49,024 bases of DNA from an uncultured Candidatus Saccharibacteria bacterium. GTDB taxonomy: Bacteria; Patescibacteriota; Minisyncoccia; Phycocordibacterales; UBA12445. How positions within the stretch are numbered: the stretch's first letter is position 1; every line of letters begins with the position of its first letter. Below are positions 35,878 to 44,365 of the stretch, one piece after another. Made by a program: the position numbers and the translations under genes. The notes beneath the pieces are model-generated. The model saw nothing but the letters and a program-made list of their open reading frames with translations, made no database searches and was not told the DNA's origin. The stretch lies in contig CAZHDO010000001.1 of assembly GCA_964531375.1 (NCBI GenBank), positions 262,861 to 311,884 on the forward strand. Reading direction: 5' to 3'.

Positions 35878-36853
35878 ATAAATACTGTTTAACTATATTT
35901 TCTACGTCTTTGGCGCTTTCTGTTTTCATTAGCTTTATTCTTAATTCTCTTGCTCCGGGAAAACCGCCTATATATGAGCCAAAATGCTTTCTCATTACAA
36001 GAAAACTTTTCTTTCCACCGAGAAGTTCTTCAAAAAGTGTGGAATGCTCGAGCATTACCTTCAGTATTTCGCTTAAAGGAAGGTCTTCTTTTTTAATTTT
36101 ATTATTAAAGAGCCATGGATTACCGAAGATTCCACGACCAATCATTATTCCGTCGACACCAGATTCTTGTGCTCTATTTATTCCCTCTTCTGTGTTTTTT
36201 ACATCTCCATTTCCAATTACAAAAACACCGCTACCTTGTGCAATTTCAGCGCCTCTTTTTATAATATCCCAATGTGTTGGAACCTTGGACATTTCTTTTC
36301 TTGTTCTGCCGTGGATGGTTATCGCTACTGGTTTTGTTTCTAGCAGGTCGGGCAACCAGGTTTCAATTTCATTTTTTGAGTATCCGATGCGAGTTTTTAC
36401 TGATACCGGCATTTTTCCTGCACCCTCTTTTGTTGCCAAAATAACTTCCTTGGCCAGCGTTGGCGTCCTTATAATTCCTGCGCCTGCACCTTGTTTATTT
36501 ATGTTTTTGTCTGGGCACCCCATATTTATATCAATACCATCAAATCCAAGTTCACTGATTATTTTAGCTGTTTTTCGACAATTATCTGGATTTGAACCAA
36601 ATATTTGAGCAATTATCGGGCGTTCCTCTTCCGAATACACAAGGTCCTTTAAAAATTTATGTTTAGCTTCTTCGTGCACCATTCCATCGCAAGATACCAT
36701 TTCGGTCCACATAATGTCTGGTTTGCCATATTTTGCGATAATTCTTCGGTATGCGGGGTCGGTAACGTCAGCCATTGGTGCAAGGCAAAAAAACGGTTTA
36801 TTATCCGATTTTGAACTTTTTGCTATTTTTGTCCAAAAATTATAGTTTTCCAT
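35876..36853 (-). CDS. dusB: tRNA-dihydrouridine synthase
   Basis: LAPMADVT, TEMVS, QIFGS, IDINMGCP, VSVKTRIG, HGRT, GNGDV, MIGRG...GNPWLF. Confidence 0.93.
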   Translation of the reverse strand: MENYNFWTKIAKSSKSDNKPFFCLAPMADVTDPAYRRIIAKYGKPDIMWTEMVSCDGMVHEEAKHKFLKDLVYSEEERPIIAQIFGSNPDNCRKTAKIISELGFDGIDINMGCPDKNINKQGAGAGIIRTPTLAKEVILATKEGAGKMPVSVKTRIGYSKNEIETWLPDLLETKPVAITIHGRTRKEMSKVPTHWDIIKRGAEIAQGSGVFVIGNGDVKNTEEGINRAQESGVDGIMIGRGIFGNPWLFNNKIKKEDLPLSEILKVMLEHSTLFEELLGGKKSFLVMRKHFGSYIGGFPGARELRIKLMKTESAKDVENIVKQYL

Positions 36854-37081
36854 TGACAGTTGTTATATTTCATCTATATTAATAGAGTCTTTGTACTTTT
36901 ACAAATATCCCACAAAAGAAAGAGGTGGTCAATTGAAAAATGATCAAAAGAAATCGTTTGTGGTTGTAGTCTTCGTTTAGTTTTTGTTTTAAAAATCTGA
37001 GAACGATTAAGGAGTTGTCCTATTTCTCGACAAAAGAAGCAAAAAAAGAAAAAGACAGATACTGGTGTAAATGCGCCAATC

Positions 37082-37492
37082 GTGCCTCGCAAGGGTATCC
37101 TAAACCAAGTAGAAAAGTACGTGCTTTTCCATTTTACAACTGGAAATGAGGTTGACGCCGCCCCTGTGGTAGAGGCTATTAGAAGAAGGCGTTACCTGAA
37201 AGACATCGATGAAATGGATCAGCATGATAAAGTGGCATATTTGTTAGTTTCTTTACATGAACTAAACGTGCCACTCCGAAAGCTCTATCCGGAGATTGAA
37301 AAAATCCTCGGACGGAAGTTTTTCACCTCTGAGCTCACCTACAAAAGAATTAAGTTTTTGGTGAGAGAGTTACTTGAGGTTTATCATATTTCTACGACGA
37401 CGCACAAAAAGCGCACAAAGGAATTGCTCCCATGGCTTGTTATGACGACAGATGAGCAACCCCAACAGGTTGAACTGTCGGCCTCAAACTAG
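37082..37492 (+). CDS. Hypothetical protein, start uncertain
   Basis: 136-aa ORF from a GTG; the frame is open upstream to 37001; followed by a terminator. Confidence 0.55.
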   Translation: MPRKGILNQVEKYVLFHFTTGNEVDAAPVVEAIRRRRYLKDIDEMDQHDKVAYLLVSLHELNVPLRKLYPEIEKILGRKFFTSELTYKRIKFLVRELLEVYHISTTTHKKRTKELLPWLVMTTDEQPQQVELSASN

Positions 37493-37510
37493 CTTTGCGG
37501 CTCATTCCCG

Positions 37511-37538
37511 ATTCCCCTTCCTTAAGGGGAATTTTTTT
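37511..37538 (+). terminator. Intrinsic terminator
   Basis: ATTCCCCTT-cctt-AAGGGGAAT followed by a T-run. Confidence 0.75.
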
Positions 37539-37550
37539 ATTTATCTATAA

Positions 37551-37582
37551 AATAAAAACCCTCGCGCTTTGCAAGGGTTTTT
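37551..37582 (-). terminator. Terminator of the ribosomal protein operon
   Basis: Minus strand AAAAACCCTTGC-aaa-GCGCGAGGGTTTTTATT just after the rpsI stop codon. Confidence 0.7.
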
Positions 37583-37587
37583 AAAAA

Positions 37588-37998
37588 TTAACGTTTTGAC
37601 CACTGAGGAGACTTTCTTGCTTTCTTTAATCCGAACTTTCTTCTTTCTTTAATTCTAGCGTCTCTACTCAAGAATCCTTCTTTCTTTAATGGTTTTCTGA
37701 GTTCTTGACTGAATTCTGTCAAAGCTCTAGCAATACCAAGAATGATAGCATCTACTTGTGAGCTCATACCACCACCAACAACTTTAATTGTTATGTTGAA
37801 CTTTTCCTTAACTTCTGGATTTCGTAAAATTTCAGTTAATTTATGTCTAGAATCTGCAGTATTAAGATATTCTTTAATATCTTTATCGTTTATGGTTATG
37901 CCATTTTTTGTTCCATCTGATACAAAAAGCCTAACTCTAGCAATAGAGGTTTTTCTTCTTCCAACAGCCTCGAAATATTTTTCAGTTTGAGCTTTCAT
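37588..37998 (-). CDS. rpsI: 30S ribosomal protein S9
   Basis: GRRKTSIARV, GGGMSSQ, RDARIKERRKFGLKKARKSPQWSKR. Confidence 0.98.
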   Translation of the reverse strand: MKAQTEKYFEAVGRRKTSIARVRLFVSDGTKNGITINDKDIKEYLNTADSRHKLTEILRNPEVKEKFNITIKVVGGGMSSQVDAIILGIARALTEFSQELRKPLKKEGFLSRDARIKERRKFGLKKARKSPQWSKR

Positions 37999-37999
37999 A

Positions 38000-38353
38000 T
38001 TATTCGCTAATACTTAAATTTCTTATCATTATTGACCTTAGTTTGTTTTTTGGAAGCATTCCATAAACAGCATTTTCAAAAACTCTACCATAACCAAATC
38101 TTGCAATTAATCTTTCCATGGTCTCAGTCTTTCCTCCGCCTGGATACTGAGAGTGTCTAAAATATTCTTTTTCTTTTTGTTTTTTTGCTGTAATTTTGGC
38201 CTTTGAAGCGTTTATTATGCTAACTTTTACGTCAGGAGCAATGTTAGGCTGGTAGTCAGCTTTATTTTTACCCATGAGCTTAAAAGCAACCTCGGTTGCT
38301 ACTCGACCAACGGACTTATTTAATGCATCTATTGTGTATTGGGTCTTTGCCAT
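38000..38353 (-). CDS. rplM: 50S ribosomal protein L13
   Basis: IDALNKSVGRVAT, LMGKNKADYQP, HSQYPGG, VYGMLPKNKL. Start set at the ATG at 38353. Confidence 0.96.
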   Translation of the reverse strand: MAKTQYTIDALNKSVGRVATEVAFKLMGKNKADYQPNIAPDVKVSIINASKAKITAKKQKEKEYFRHSQYPGGGKTETMERLIARFGYGRVFENAVYGMLPKNKLRSIMIRNLSISE

Positions 38354-38357
38354 ATAT

Positions 38358-38708
38358 TTATACAAATTCTATTATTGCCATTTTACTACCGTCACCCCCT
38401 CTCATTCCCATTTTAACTATTCTAGTATAACCACCTTTTCTTTCAAGATATTTAGGGGCTATTTCTTTAACCAAACGGCTAACATATTTTGGAACAACCA
38501 AGTATTCTGTAAGTATTCTTCTTGTCGCCACAGAATTATCTCGTGCTTTTGTTACAAGTTTCTCAATAAAAGATCTAAGCTCTCTAGCTTTTGCATCTGT
38601 TGTGACTATTTTGTCGTGGGTTATTAAGTTTCCAGCCAACGACCTTAATAATGCAGTTCGCTGATCTTTTTCTCTTCCGAATTTTCTATTGGCGTTTTGG
38701 TGTCTCAT
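38358..38708 (-). CDS. rplQ: 50S ribosomal protein L17
   Basis: MRHQNANRKFGR, IVTTDAKARE, GGYTRIVK, GDGSKMAIIEFV. Confidence 0.98.
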   Translation of the reverse strand: MRHQNANRKFGREKDQRTALLRSLAGNLITHDKIVTTDAKARELRSFIEKLVTKARDNSVATRRILTEYLVVPKYVSRLVKEIAPKYLERKGGYTRIVKMGMRGGDGSKMAIIEFV

Positions 38709-38717
38709 GAAATTTAA

Positions 38718-39716
38718 TTATTTTAAAGTAATTCCAAGATTGCCGAGAACTTTTTTGATCTCATTAATACCTTTGTCGCCCAAACCAGCGATCTCTAGCA
38801 AATCTTCTTCCTTCTTCCTAGCAAGGCCACCGACTGTTCTAATACTAGCCTCAGCAAGCGCTTTCATTGTTCTTCCTGATAATTTCAAATCTTCGATTCT
38901 CATCTTGAGAGCATCTTCTTGGTTTTCCGTTTTTTTGTCATCAACAACCTCTTCTTCTTTTTCTAGAATAATGTCCTTTTTAATTTCTTTAACAACTGGT
39001 GCTGGCTCAATTATTTCTTCTCTTTCTTTAAAGCCGATGATTGATTTCAACTGGAAAATCATAATTTCAATTGATCTCTCAAGGGCCTGTCTTGGGGTTA
39101 AGGTACCATCAGTCTCGATGAAAATTCTTAGTCTATTGTAATCTGTCCTATCTCCGACTCTCATATTTTCTACTTCGTAATTTACTCTCCTTATTGGAGA
39201 AAAAGCAGCATCTACTGCAATAGCTCCTATTTCAACTTTTTCTTTATGTAAAACTTCCTTTGGTACATAACCAAGGCCTTTTTCTATTGTAAATTCGATA
39301 TTAAGCTTTGTGTCTTTTGATGTAATATTTGCAATATACTGTTCTGGATTAAGAACCGTAATTCCCTTTATTTCTTCAATTTGTCCAGCTGTAACTTCGC
39401 CAATACCAGAAGCTTTAAGATAAACCCTCTGTGGCTCATCTTGATCCATTTTAAATCTAATCTTCTTTAGGTGTAAAATAATAGCAATAGCGTCTTCTTT
39501 AACACCTTCAATTGTTGAAAATTCATGACTAACACCATCTATTTTTATAGATGTTATTGAAGCACCAGGTAAAGAAGAAAGTATTATTCTTCTTAGCGAG
39601 TTGCCAAGTGTGTGTCCATATCCAGGATAAAAGCCGTCTATTTCATAAACGCCTTTTAACTCTGTCTCGGAAGATACTCTCGGTTTTGATGGTAGAACAA
39701 TGTTTAAATCCAACAT
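38718..39716 (-). CDS. rpoA: RNA polymerase alpha subunit
   Basis: GYGHTLGNSLRRIILSSLPG, HEFSTIEGVKED, VENMRVGDRTDY, C-terminal domain GLGDKGINEI. Confidence 0.98.
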   Translation of the reverse strand: MLDLNIVLPSKPRVSSETELKGVYEIDGFYPGYGHTLGNSLRRIILSSLPGASITSIKIDGVSHEFSTIEGVKEDAIAIILHLKKIRFKMDQDEPQRVYLKASGIGEVTAGQIEEIKGITVLNPEQYIANITSKDTKLNIEFTIEKGLGYVPKEVLHKEKVEIGAIAVDAAFSPIRRVNYEVENMRVGDRTDYNRLRIFIETDGTLTPRQALERSIEIMIFQLKSIIGFKEREEIIEPAPVVKEIKKDIILEKEEEVVDDKKTENQEDALKMRIEDLKLSGRTMKALAEASIRTVGGLARKKEEDLLEIAGLGDKGINEIKKVLGNLGITLK

Positions 39717-39749
39717 ATGTTTTTTAAAATTAATTAATTTCCTAAAAAA

Positions 39750-40364
39750 TTATGTTCTACTATAGAACTCTGTGACCATATTTAGATTTAAGGTCAGGTC
39801 TCCATCAGCGAGCTCTGGGAGGTGTAATACTTCTGCTACCAAATCATCTGCGTTAAATCTTATCCACTTAGGAAATTTGAATGTTTTAAGTTTTTCTTTA
39901 AGATCTTTAAAAAGAACACTTTCCATACTACCTTTCTTAATTGAAATTTTATCTCCAAGACCTACTTGGTGAGAAGGTGTGTTTATCTTTGAGCCATTTA
40001 TTAAAATGTGGCAATGCGAAACAAGTTGTCTTGCAAAAGCCCTAGATGAAGCAAAACCAATTCTGTAAATAACATTATCCAATCTTCTTTCTAGAATCTG
40101 ACACAAGGCATTGGCTGGATTAGATTTCTTCGCACCTAATGCTTTGTTTACATAGTTTAAAAACTGACTCTCTGTCATACCATAAGTAAACTTGGCTTTT
40201 TGTTTTTCTAGGAACTGAGTTCCGTATTCTGACCTAGGTTTTGGTCTTTTTTTACCCTTACCGCCCTCTTTCGTTAAAGAAGCGTTAAACTTTGGGGTTT
40301 GGCACTGTGGAAAAACAGCTCCACCGACTCTTTTGCAAATTTTGTATTTAGGTCCTCTTAGCAT
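39750..40364 (-). CDS. rpsD: 30S ribosomal protein S4
   Basis: GPKYKICKR, SEYGTQFLEKQK, LERRLDNVIYR, ARQLVSH. Confidence 0.98.
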   Translation of the reverse strand: MLRGPKYKICKRVGGAVFPQCQTPKFNASLTKEGGKGKKRPKPRSEYGTQFLEKQKAKFTYGMTESQFLNYVNKALGAKKSNPANALCQILERRLDNVIYRIGFASSRAFARQLVSHCHILINGSKINTPSHQVGLGDKISIKKGSMESVLFKDLKEKLKTFKFPKWIRFNADDLVAEVLHLPELADGDLTLNLNMVTEFYSRT

Positions 40365-40379
40365 TAAATTAAAAGTTAA

Positions 40380-40814
40380 TTATACTCTTCTTGGTTTCTT
40401 AGGCTTTGGTCCATTGTGTGGCACAGGTGTCTTGTCTGTAATTGACAATATTCCAATCCCCTTTGATGAAAAAGCTCTAATTGAAGACTCACGACCAGCG
40501 CCAACTCCACTAACGACAACGTCAACGTCGCTGACGCCCATCAGTTTAGCTCTATCTCCGATTAATTCCCCAACCTTAGCAGCAGCAAAAGGGGTACCCT
40601 TTTTGGCTCCCTTAAATCCCAATGCACCAGCAGAAGAAGCGGCAACAGCATTTCCTTTTATATCTGTAAGCAAAACCTTGGTATTATTGTATGTAGCTTG
40701 GACAGAAAGAATGCCAGTTGACATCTTAAATCTGGATGCTTTTAAAACCGGAGCTTTTGTTTCCGTTGCAATTTCTTCTTGTCCTTCTTTTTTAACCAAT
40801 TTTGTTTCTGCCAT
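40380..40814 (-). CDS. rpsK: 30S ribosomal protein S11
   Basis: ATYNNT, GFKGAKKGTPFAA, GVGAGRES, DKTPVPHNG. Confidence 0.98.
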   Translation of the reverse strand: MAETKLVKKEGQEEIATETKAPVLKASRFKMSTGILSVQATYNNTKVLLTDIKGNAVAASSAGALGFKGAKKGTPFAAAKVGELIGDRAKLMGVSDVDVVVSGVGAGRESSIRAFSSKGIGILSITDKTPVPHNGPKPKKPRRV

Positions 40815-40880
40815 TTTTGTTTATTGTATGATGTAGAAAGTTAAAATTTTAACTACATATCACTCTACATTCTAATAATT

Positions 40881-41261
40881 TTACTTCTTTTCAACCTTCT
40901 TTCTTCCGGAACCCATCGTCTTTCTCATATTTCCTCTTCTTGTTCTGGAATTGGTTTTTGTCCTTTGTCCTCTTGATGGCAAGCTCTTCATGTGTCTTGT
41001 GCCTCTGTAAGATTTAATATCTTTTAGTCTTTTTATGTTAGAAGCAACGTCTCTCTTGAGCTCTCCTTCTATTTTTTTGCTTTCAACCTCTTTACGTAAA
41101 GCATTTTCTTTCTCTTCTGTAAGGTCTTTTGGTTTAGCACCATAATCTACTCCCACTTTATCTAAAATTTTCTGAGCGAGTGGTCTACCGATTCCATAAA
41201 GAACCGTTAATCCAACTTCTAATCTTTTATTGTCTGGGATTGTTAACCCTGAAATTCTCAT
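40881..41261 (-). CDS. rpsM: 30S ribosomal protein S13
   Basis: LTVLYGIGR, SYRGTRH, LPSRGQRTKTNSRTR. Confidence 0.98.
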   Translation of the reverse strand: MRISGLTIPDNKRLEVGLTVLYGIGRPLAQKILDKVGVDYGAKPKDLTEEKENALRKEVESKKIEGELKRDVASNIKRLKDIKSYRGTRHMKSLPSRGQRTKTNSRTRRGNMRKTMGSGRKKVEKK

Positions 41262-41285
41262 AGTTTTGTTTATATAAGCTAAATA

Positions 41286-41399
41286 TTAACCTTGTCTTTG
41301 TTTGTGTTTGGCAATTTCACAGACAACATAAACTCGGCCCTTTCTTTTGACCGTTTTGCACTTTGCACACATTTTTTTTATAGAGGATCTTACTTTCAT
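41286..41399 (-). CDS. rpmJ: 50S ribosomal protein L36 (below the ORF-track length cut-off)
   Basis: Manual translation [37 protein letters not shown]; zinc ligands C-C-C-H are retained. Confidence 0.97.
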   Translation of the reverse strand: MKVRSSIKKMCAKCKTVKRKGRVYVVCEIAKHKQRQG

Positions 41400-41403
41400 A
41401 TTT

Positions 41404-41634
41404 TTACATTCTTCTAATTATTCTCCCTCTTTCTCCATAAGGATCTAACTGTACCCTTACTTTATCGCCAATTAATATCTTTATTCTGTTAATTCGCATT
41501 TTACCAGCTAAATATGTCAAAATTATCTTACTATTGCCTATATCAACCCTAAACATCGTATTTGGCAAAGACTCAGTTACAACGCCTTCAACTTGTTCGC
41601 CAATCGATTGGTTATTTTTGATGTTTGTATCCAT
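41404..41634 (-). CDS. infA: Translation initiation factor IF-1
   Basis: [41 protein letters not shown]. Confidence 0.97.
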   Translation of the reverse strand: MDTNIKNNQSIGEQVEGVVTESLPNTMFRVDIGNSKIILTYLAGKMRINRIKILIGDKVRVQLDPYGERGRIIRRM

Positions 41635-41755
41635 TTTTAAACGTTTCCGTATGATAGCAGAAAATATAATATAAAGTCAACCCTATACAAGAGAATCCCC
41701 CTGTGTATAAGTTATATCTATCCAAAATAAGGAAAATTAAGGTTACTTATAATAA

Positions 41756-43048
41756 TCATTTATTCAATAATTCTATTGAAATCTTATCTACATTTGATGG
41801 GAAATAGCTAGACCAGGACGGCGTAAATACAGTTTCAGCTTTTTCTATCATTGGATATTTTTTGAATATTTCTTGGTATTTGTCTTTTGGAAGGCCAACT
41901 AAGTTCTGTTTAAAATCTTTTTCGCTAAAATCCCAGATTAAAGTAGGACTTCCGACCAGTTTAAAGGAAAAGTTTTTGTTGCTACTTAGGTCAAGATTAT
42001 CCTTGGAGATTATTTTAAAATCTAAAATACCCGGATTTTTAAGGTGAACTGAATAATCTTTAATATCTTGTACTTTTTGTTTTGCTATAAATTGAGCCAG
42101 CTCCACACTATTAAAAATAGCACCATTAAGGCTTCCAGTCACCGTCACAGCAAGCTTATCGCCTTCGGACTTACTTTTGCCAACTTCCTCACTGTTGTCT
42201 TTAAAATCAAAGAGAACAGCATCGTCAAATAAGATATATCCATCTGGTACCTGATTCTTGGCTTTTGATAACAAATTCTGCCTTAGTGATTCTTCTAGTT
42301 TCTTTTTTGCTGAAGAAACATCAATTGCGGAAAGTATCTTGCGCTCTCCTAAGAAACCACCCTTCATCTCTGTCTTCCCTCTACCATATACCGTCTTAAA
42401 TTTAGGACTATCTTTAAGTCCTGGTAAGGTGAAATCAGTTACTGCTATATTATATTCTTCACCTGGTTCGCTCGCATAAACCGTCACCGCGAGTGATCCA
42501 GGGATAACCTTACCGTCAATTTTTTTACTACCAGGAATTGAAATAGCTTTATCAATTTTGTAAATTTTACCGTCGGTTGATTCAAATCTGGTTCCTGTTA
42601 CTAATTTTTGAGGGGTTTCACTCTGTTCATTGTAAACAATTATTTCGCCACTAGCTTTTGTCGAAACTTTTTCTGATCCGCTTGCGCTAATAGGTGCAGA
42701 TTCGCTTTGCTCAATTTTCATCACCTTGTATCTAATACTATCTGGATCGGTTGAACCGTTGGCTATTGCTGTATATACCTCATCAAGGACAATATTTTCT
42801 GAGACAGGAGTAACCTTTATAACAACACTTGAAAACATGTCAGATAGCTGGAAAAAACCAATTAAAAAAACAATACCTAGTATTATCAAAATTGAAAGAT
42901 TCTTAAATGAAAAAAAAGATTTATTTTTGTGTTTGTCTGTGTAGTCTCTTTCAATTTGATTTTCGTAACGCTCTAGATTCTGTCTTTCAGGTTGACTTGT
43001 TTGATTTGTTTTTTTTGAAATGAAGTCCCTAAAGATTTGTTTAGACAT
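41756..43048 (-). CDS. Single-TM hypothetical protein with a baseplate-J-like region
   Basis: One TM near the N-terminus; KASGEIIVYN, LVTGTRF, VYASEPGEEYNI and GGF resemble baseplate J/gp47-annotated CPR proteins (recognised by eye). Confidence 0.5.
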   Translation of the reverse strand: MSKQIFRDFISKKTNQTSQPERQNLERYENQIERDYTDKHKNKSFFSFKNLSILIILGIVFLIGFFQLSDMFSSVVIKVTPVSENIVLDEVYTAIANGSTDPDSIRYKVMKIEQSESAPISASGSEKVSTKASGEIIVYNEQSETPQKLVTGTRFESTDGKIYKIDKAISIPGSKKIDGKVIPGSLAVTVYASEPGEEYNIAVTDFTLPGLKDSPKFKTVYGRGKTEMKGGFLGERKILSAIDVSSAKKKLEESLRQNLLSKAKNQVPDGYILFDDAVLFDFKDNSEEVGKSKSEGDKLAVTVTGSLNGAIFNSVELAQFIAKQKVQDIKDYSVHLKNPGILDFKIISKDNLDLSSNKNFSFKLVGSPTLIWDFSEKDFKQNLVGLPKDKYQEIFKKYPMIEKAETVFTPSWSSYFPSNVDKISIELLNK

Positions 43049-43099
43049 ATTATATTAGCTTTAAAAATTTACTAAAATATTTACTTAAATTTTGCATCT

Positions 43100-44305
43100 T
43101 TAGCCTGTTAAAGTCAAACCATCTTTGTGAAAAATTTTATTTATATAAAATAGTTCAAACAAGAGATTGACGTTATCGGGGTATTTATTATTATTTTTAT
43201 AATATTCTTTGAAAATATCACAATTTATAAAGTTTAATATGGGAGTTCTGTTTAATTTAAAAAATTCTGGAATATTAGCCTTTGTGATAAATTCAGTAAA
43301 AATATCCTGATATTTTATTTCAGAAGTTATGTAAAGATTACTTGGAAGCAGGTATTTTTTTGAAATTTTCTTAACTGTTTTATTAAACACATCGTCCCAG
43401 ACTTCTTTAGTACTATTGAGTATCTCTTTTATTTTACTGATGGTTTTCGGGTCCCCTGTTTTTGTGTTATACATTTCAAGATAGGAGTAAGCTTCTTCGT
43501 TTATTGTTCCAAAATTATGCCCCAACATTCTTAAGATGAAATTTTGGCCCAAGGGAAAAGAAAATGTTTCTTCTAAAATATTAGACTTAATTATTGATAT
43601 TTCTGTTACCTCATCTTCCGTATTGATTAAAATAAAATCTTTTTCTTTGGTAACTCTTTCCGTAATTGTATCAAAAGCAACAAAAACAGATGAGTGGAAG
43701 GTAACATTGTTGTTGTGAAAATGTTTTGAAATTTGCTCTTTCAATTCTTTAATTACTGACGCCGGGGAAATACTAACAAAGACAGATATATCAACCTCAG
43801 AAGCTTTTTTATTGAGAGGGTCTAGAACTTCGTAGCCATTTAATTTTATCTGCATTATATTGTGTTCCAGTATTGAATTATGATGTTCTGTATTTTCTGT
43901 TGATTCCGGTAAGTGCTTTTGTTCGAAGGCCCTAACATCGTCCAGAATAATCTTGTTTATCAAATCGTTTGTTACTGTTGTCGGATTATCATATTTAACC
44001 TTTATTGTTCTTGTTTGCGAAGCATAGAGGTGTGGTCCTAAAACACAAAATATTTTTGTTGGGTTTCCGTTTCTTGAACCCTGCAGAGATTTCATAACAT
44101 TCAGCAAGGCCTTTTTTGTGTCAAAGAAAAGTCGTTTGTGGTCAAAATTTTTCTGAAACATAACCACTCTTCTTGTGCTAAATAGTTTTTCTGGAATTGA
44201 ACCTGTTTTTTTATCCAAAGAAAAAAGCATACCACTAACGCCTCCGTCGCGGATATCAATTACAGCCACTATTTCTTTTGTGGTATGGTTAAAAAAACTT
44301 ATCAC
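43100..44305 (-). CDS. FtsA/PilM-like actin-fold hypothetical protein
   Basis: IVAVIDIRDGGV, ILINTEDEVTEISII and SFPLGQNFI resemble actin-fold phosphate motifs. Start set at the GTG at 44305, 6 nt after TGGTATAAT. Confidence 0.55.
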   Translation of the reverse strand: MISFFNHTTKEIVAVIDIRDGGVSGMLFSLDKKTGSIPEKLFSTRRVVMFQKNFDHKRLFFDTKKALLNVMKSLQGSRNGNPTKIFCVLGPHLYASQTRTIKVKYDNPTTVTNDLINKIILDDVRAFEQKHLPESTENTEHHNSILEHNIMQIKLNGYEVLDPLNKKASEVDISVFVSISPASVIKELKEQISKHFHNNNVTFHSSVFVAFDTITERVTKEKDFILINTEDEVTEISIIKSNILEETFSFPLGQNFILRMLGHNFGTINEEAYSYLEMYNTKTGDPKTISKIKEILNSTKEVWDDVFNKTVKKISKKYLLPSNLYITSEIKYQDIFTEFITKANIPEFFKLNRTPILNFINCDIFKEYYKNNNKYPDNVNLLFELFYINKIFHKDGLTLTG

Positions 44306-44365
44306 ACTAAAATTATACCACTTACAAATTAAAGTGTGTAACAAGAAGCTGTGGAAAAGATTTTT

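Noticed and set aside
35802-36608. 268-aa plus-strand ORF
   Set aside because: It is the antisense shadow of dusB, with no recognisable motifs, and a plus-strand terminator lies within its first 80 nt.
36935-37022. Possible UGA readthrough (genetic code 25) extending ORF 37082 upstream
   Set aside because: All conserved genes translate intact under code 11 with ordinary Gly codons, so there is no support for recoding.
40815-40880. Palindrome GTTAAAATTTTAAC with flanking ATGTAG/CTACAT between rpsM and rpsK
   Set aside because: It could be an autoregulatory hairpin, but it is short, AT-rich and cannot be distinguished from chance without comparative data.
41756-43048. Prophage inferred from the baseplate-J-like gene
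   Set aside because: No other phage structural, packaging or integrase genes are present, and it is flanked by core genes.
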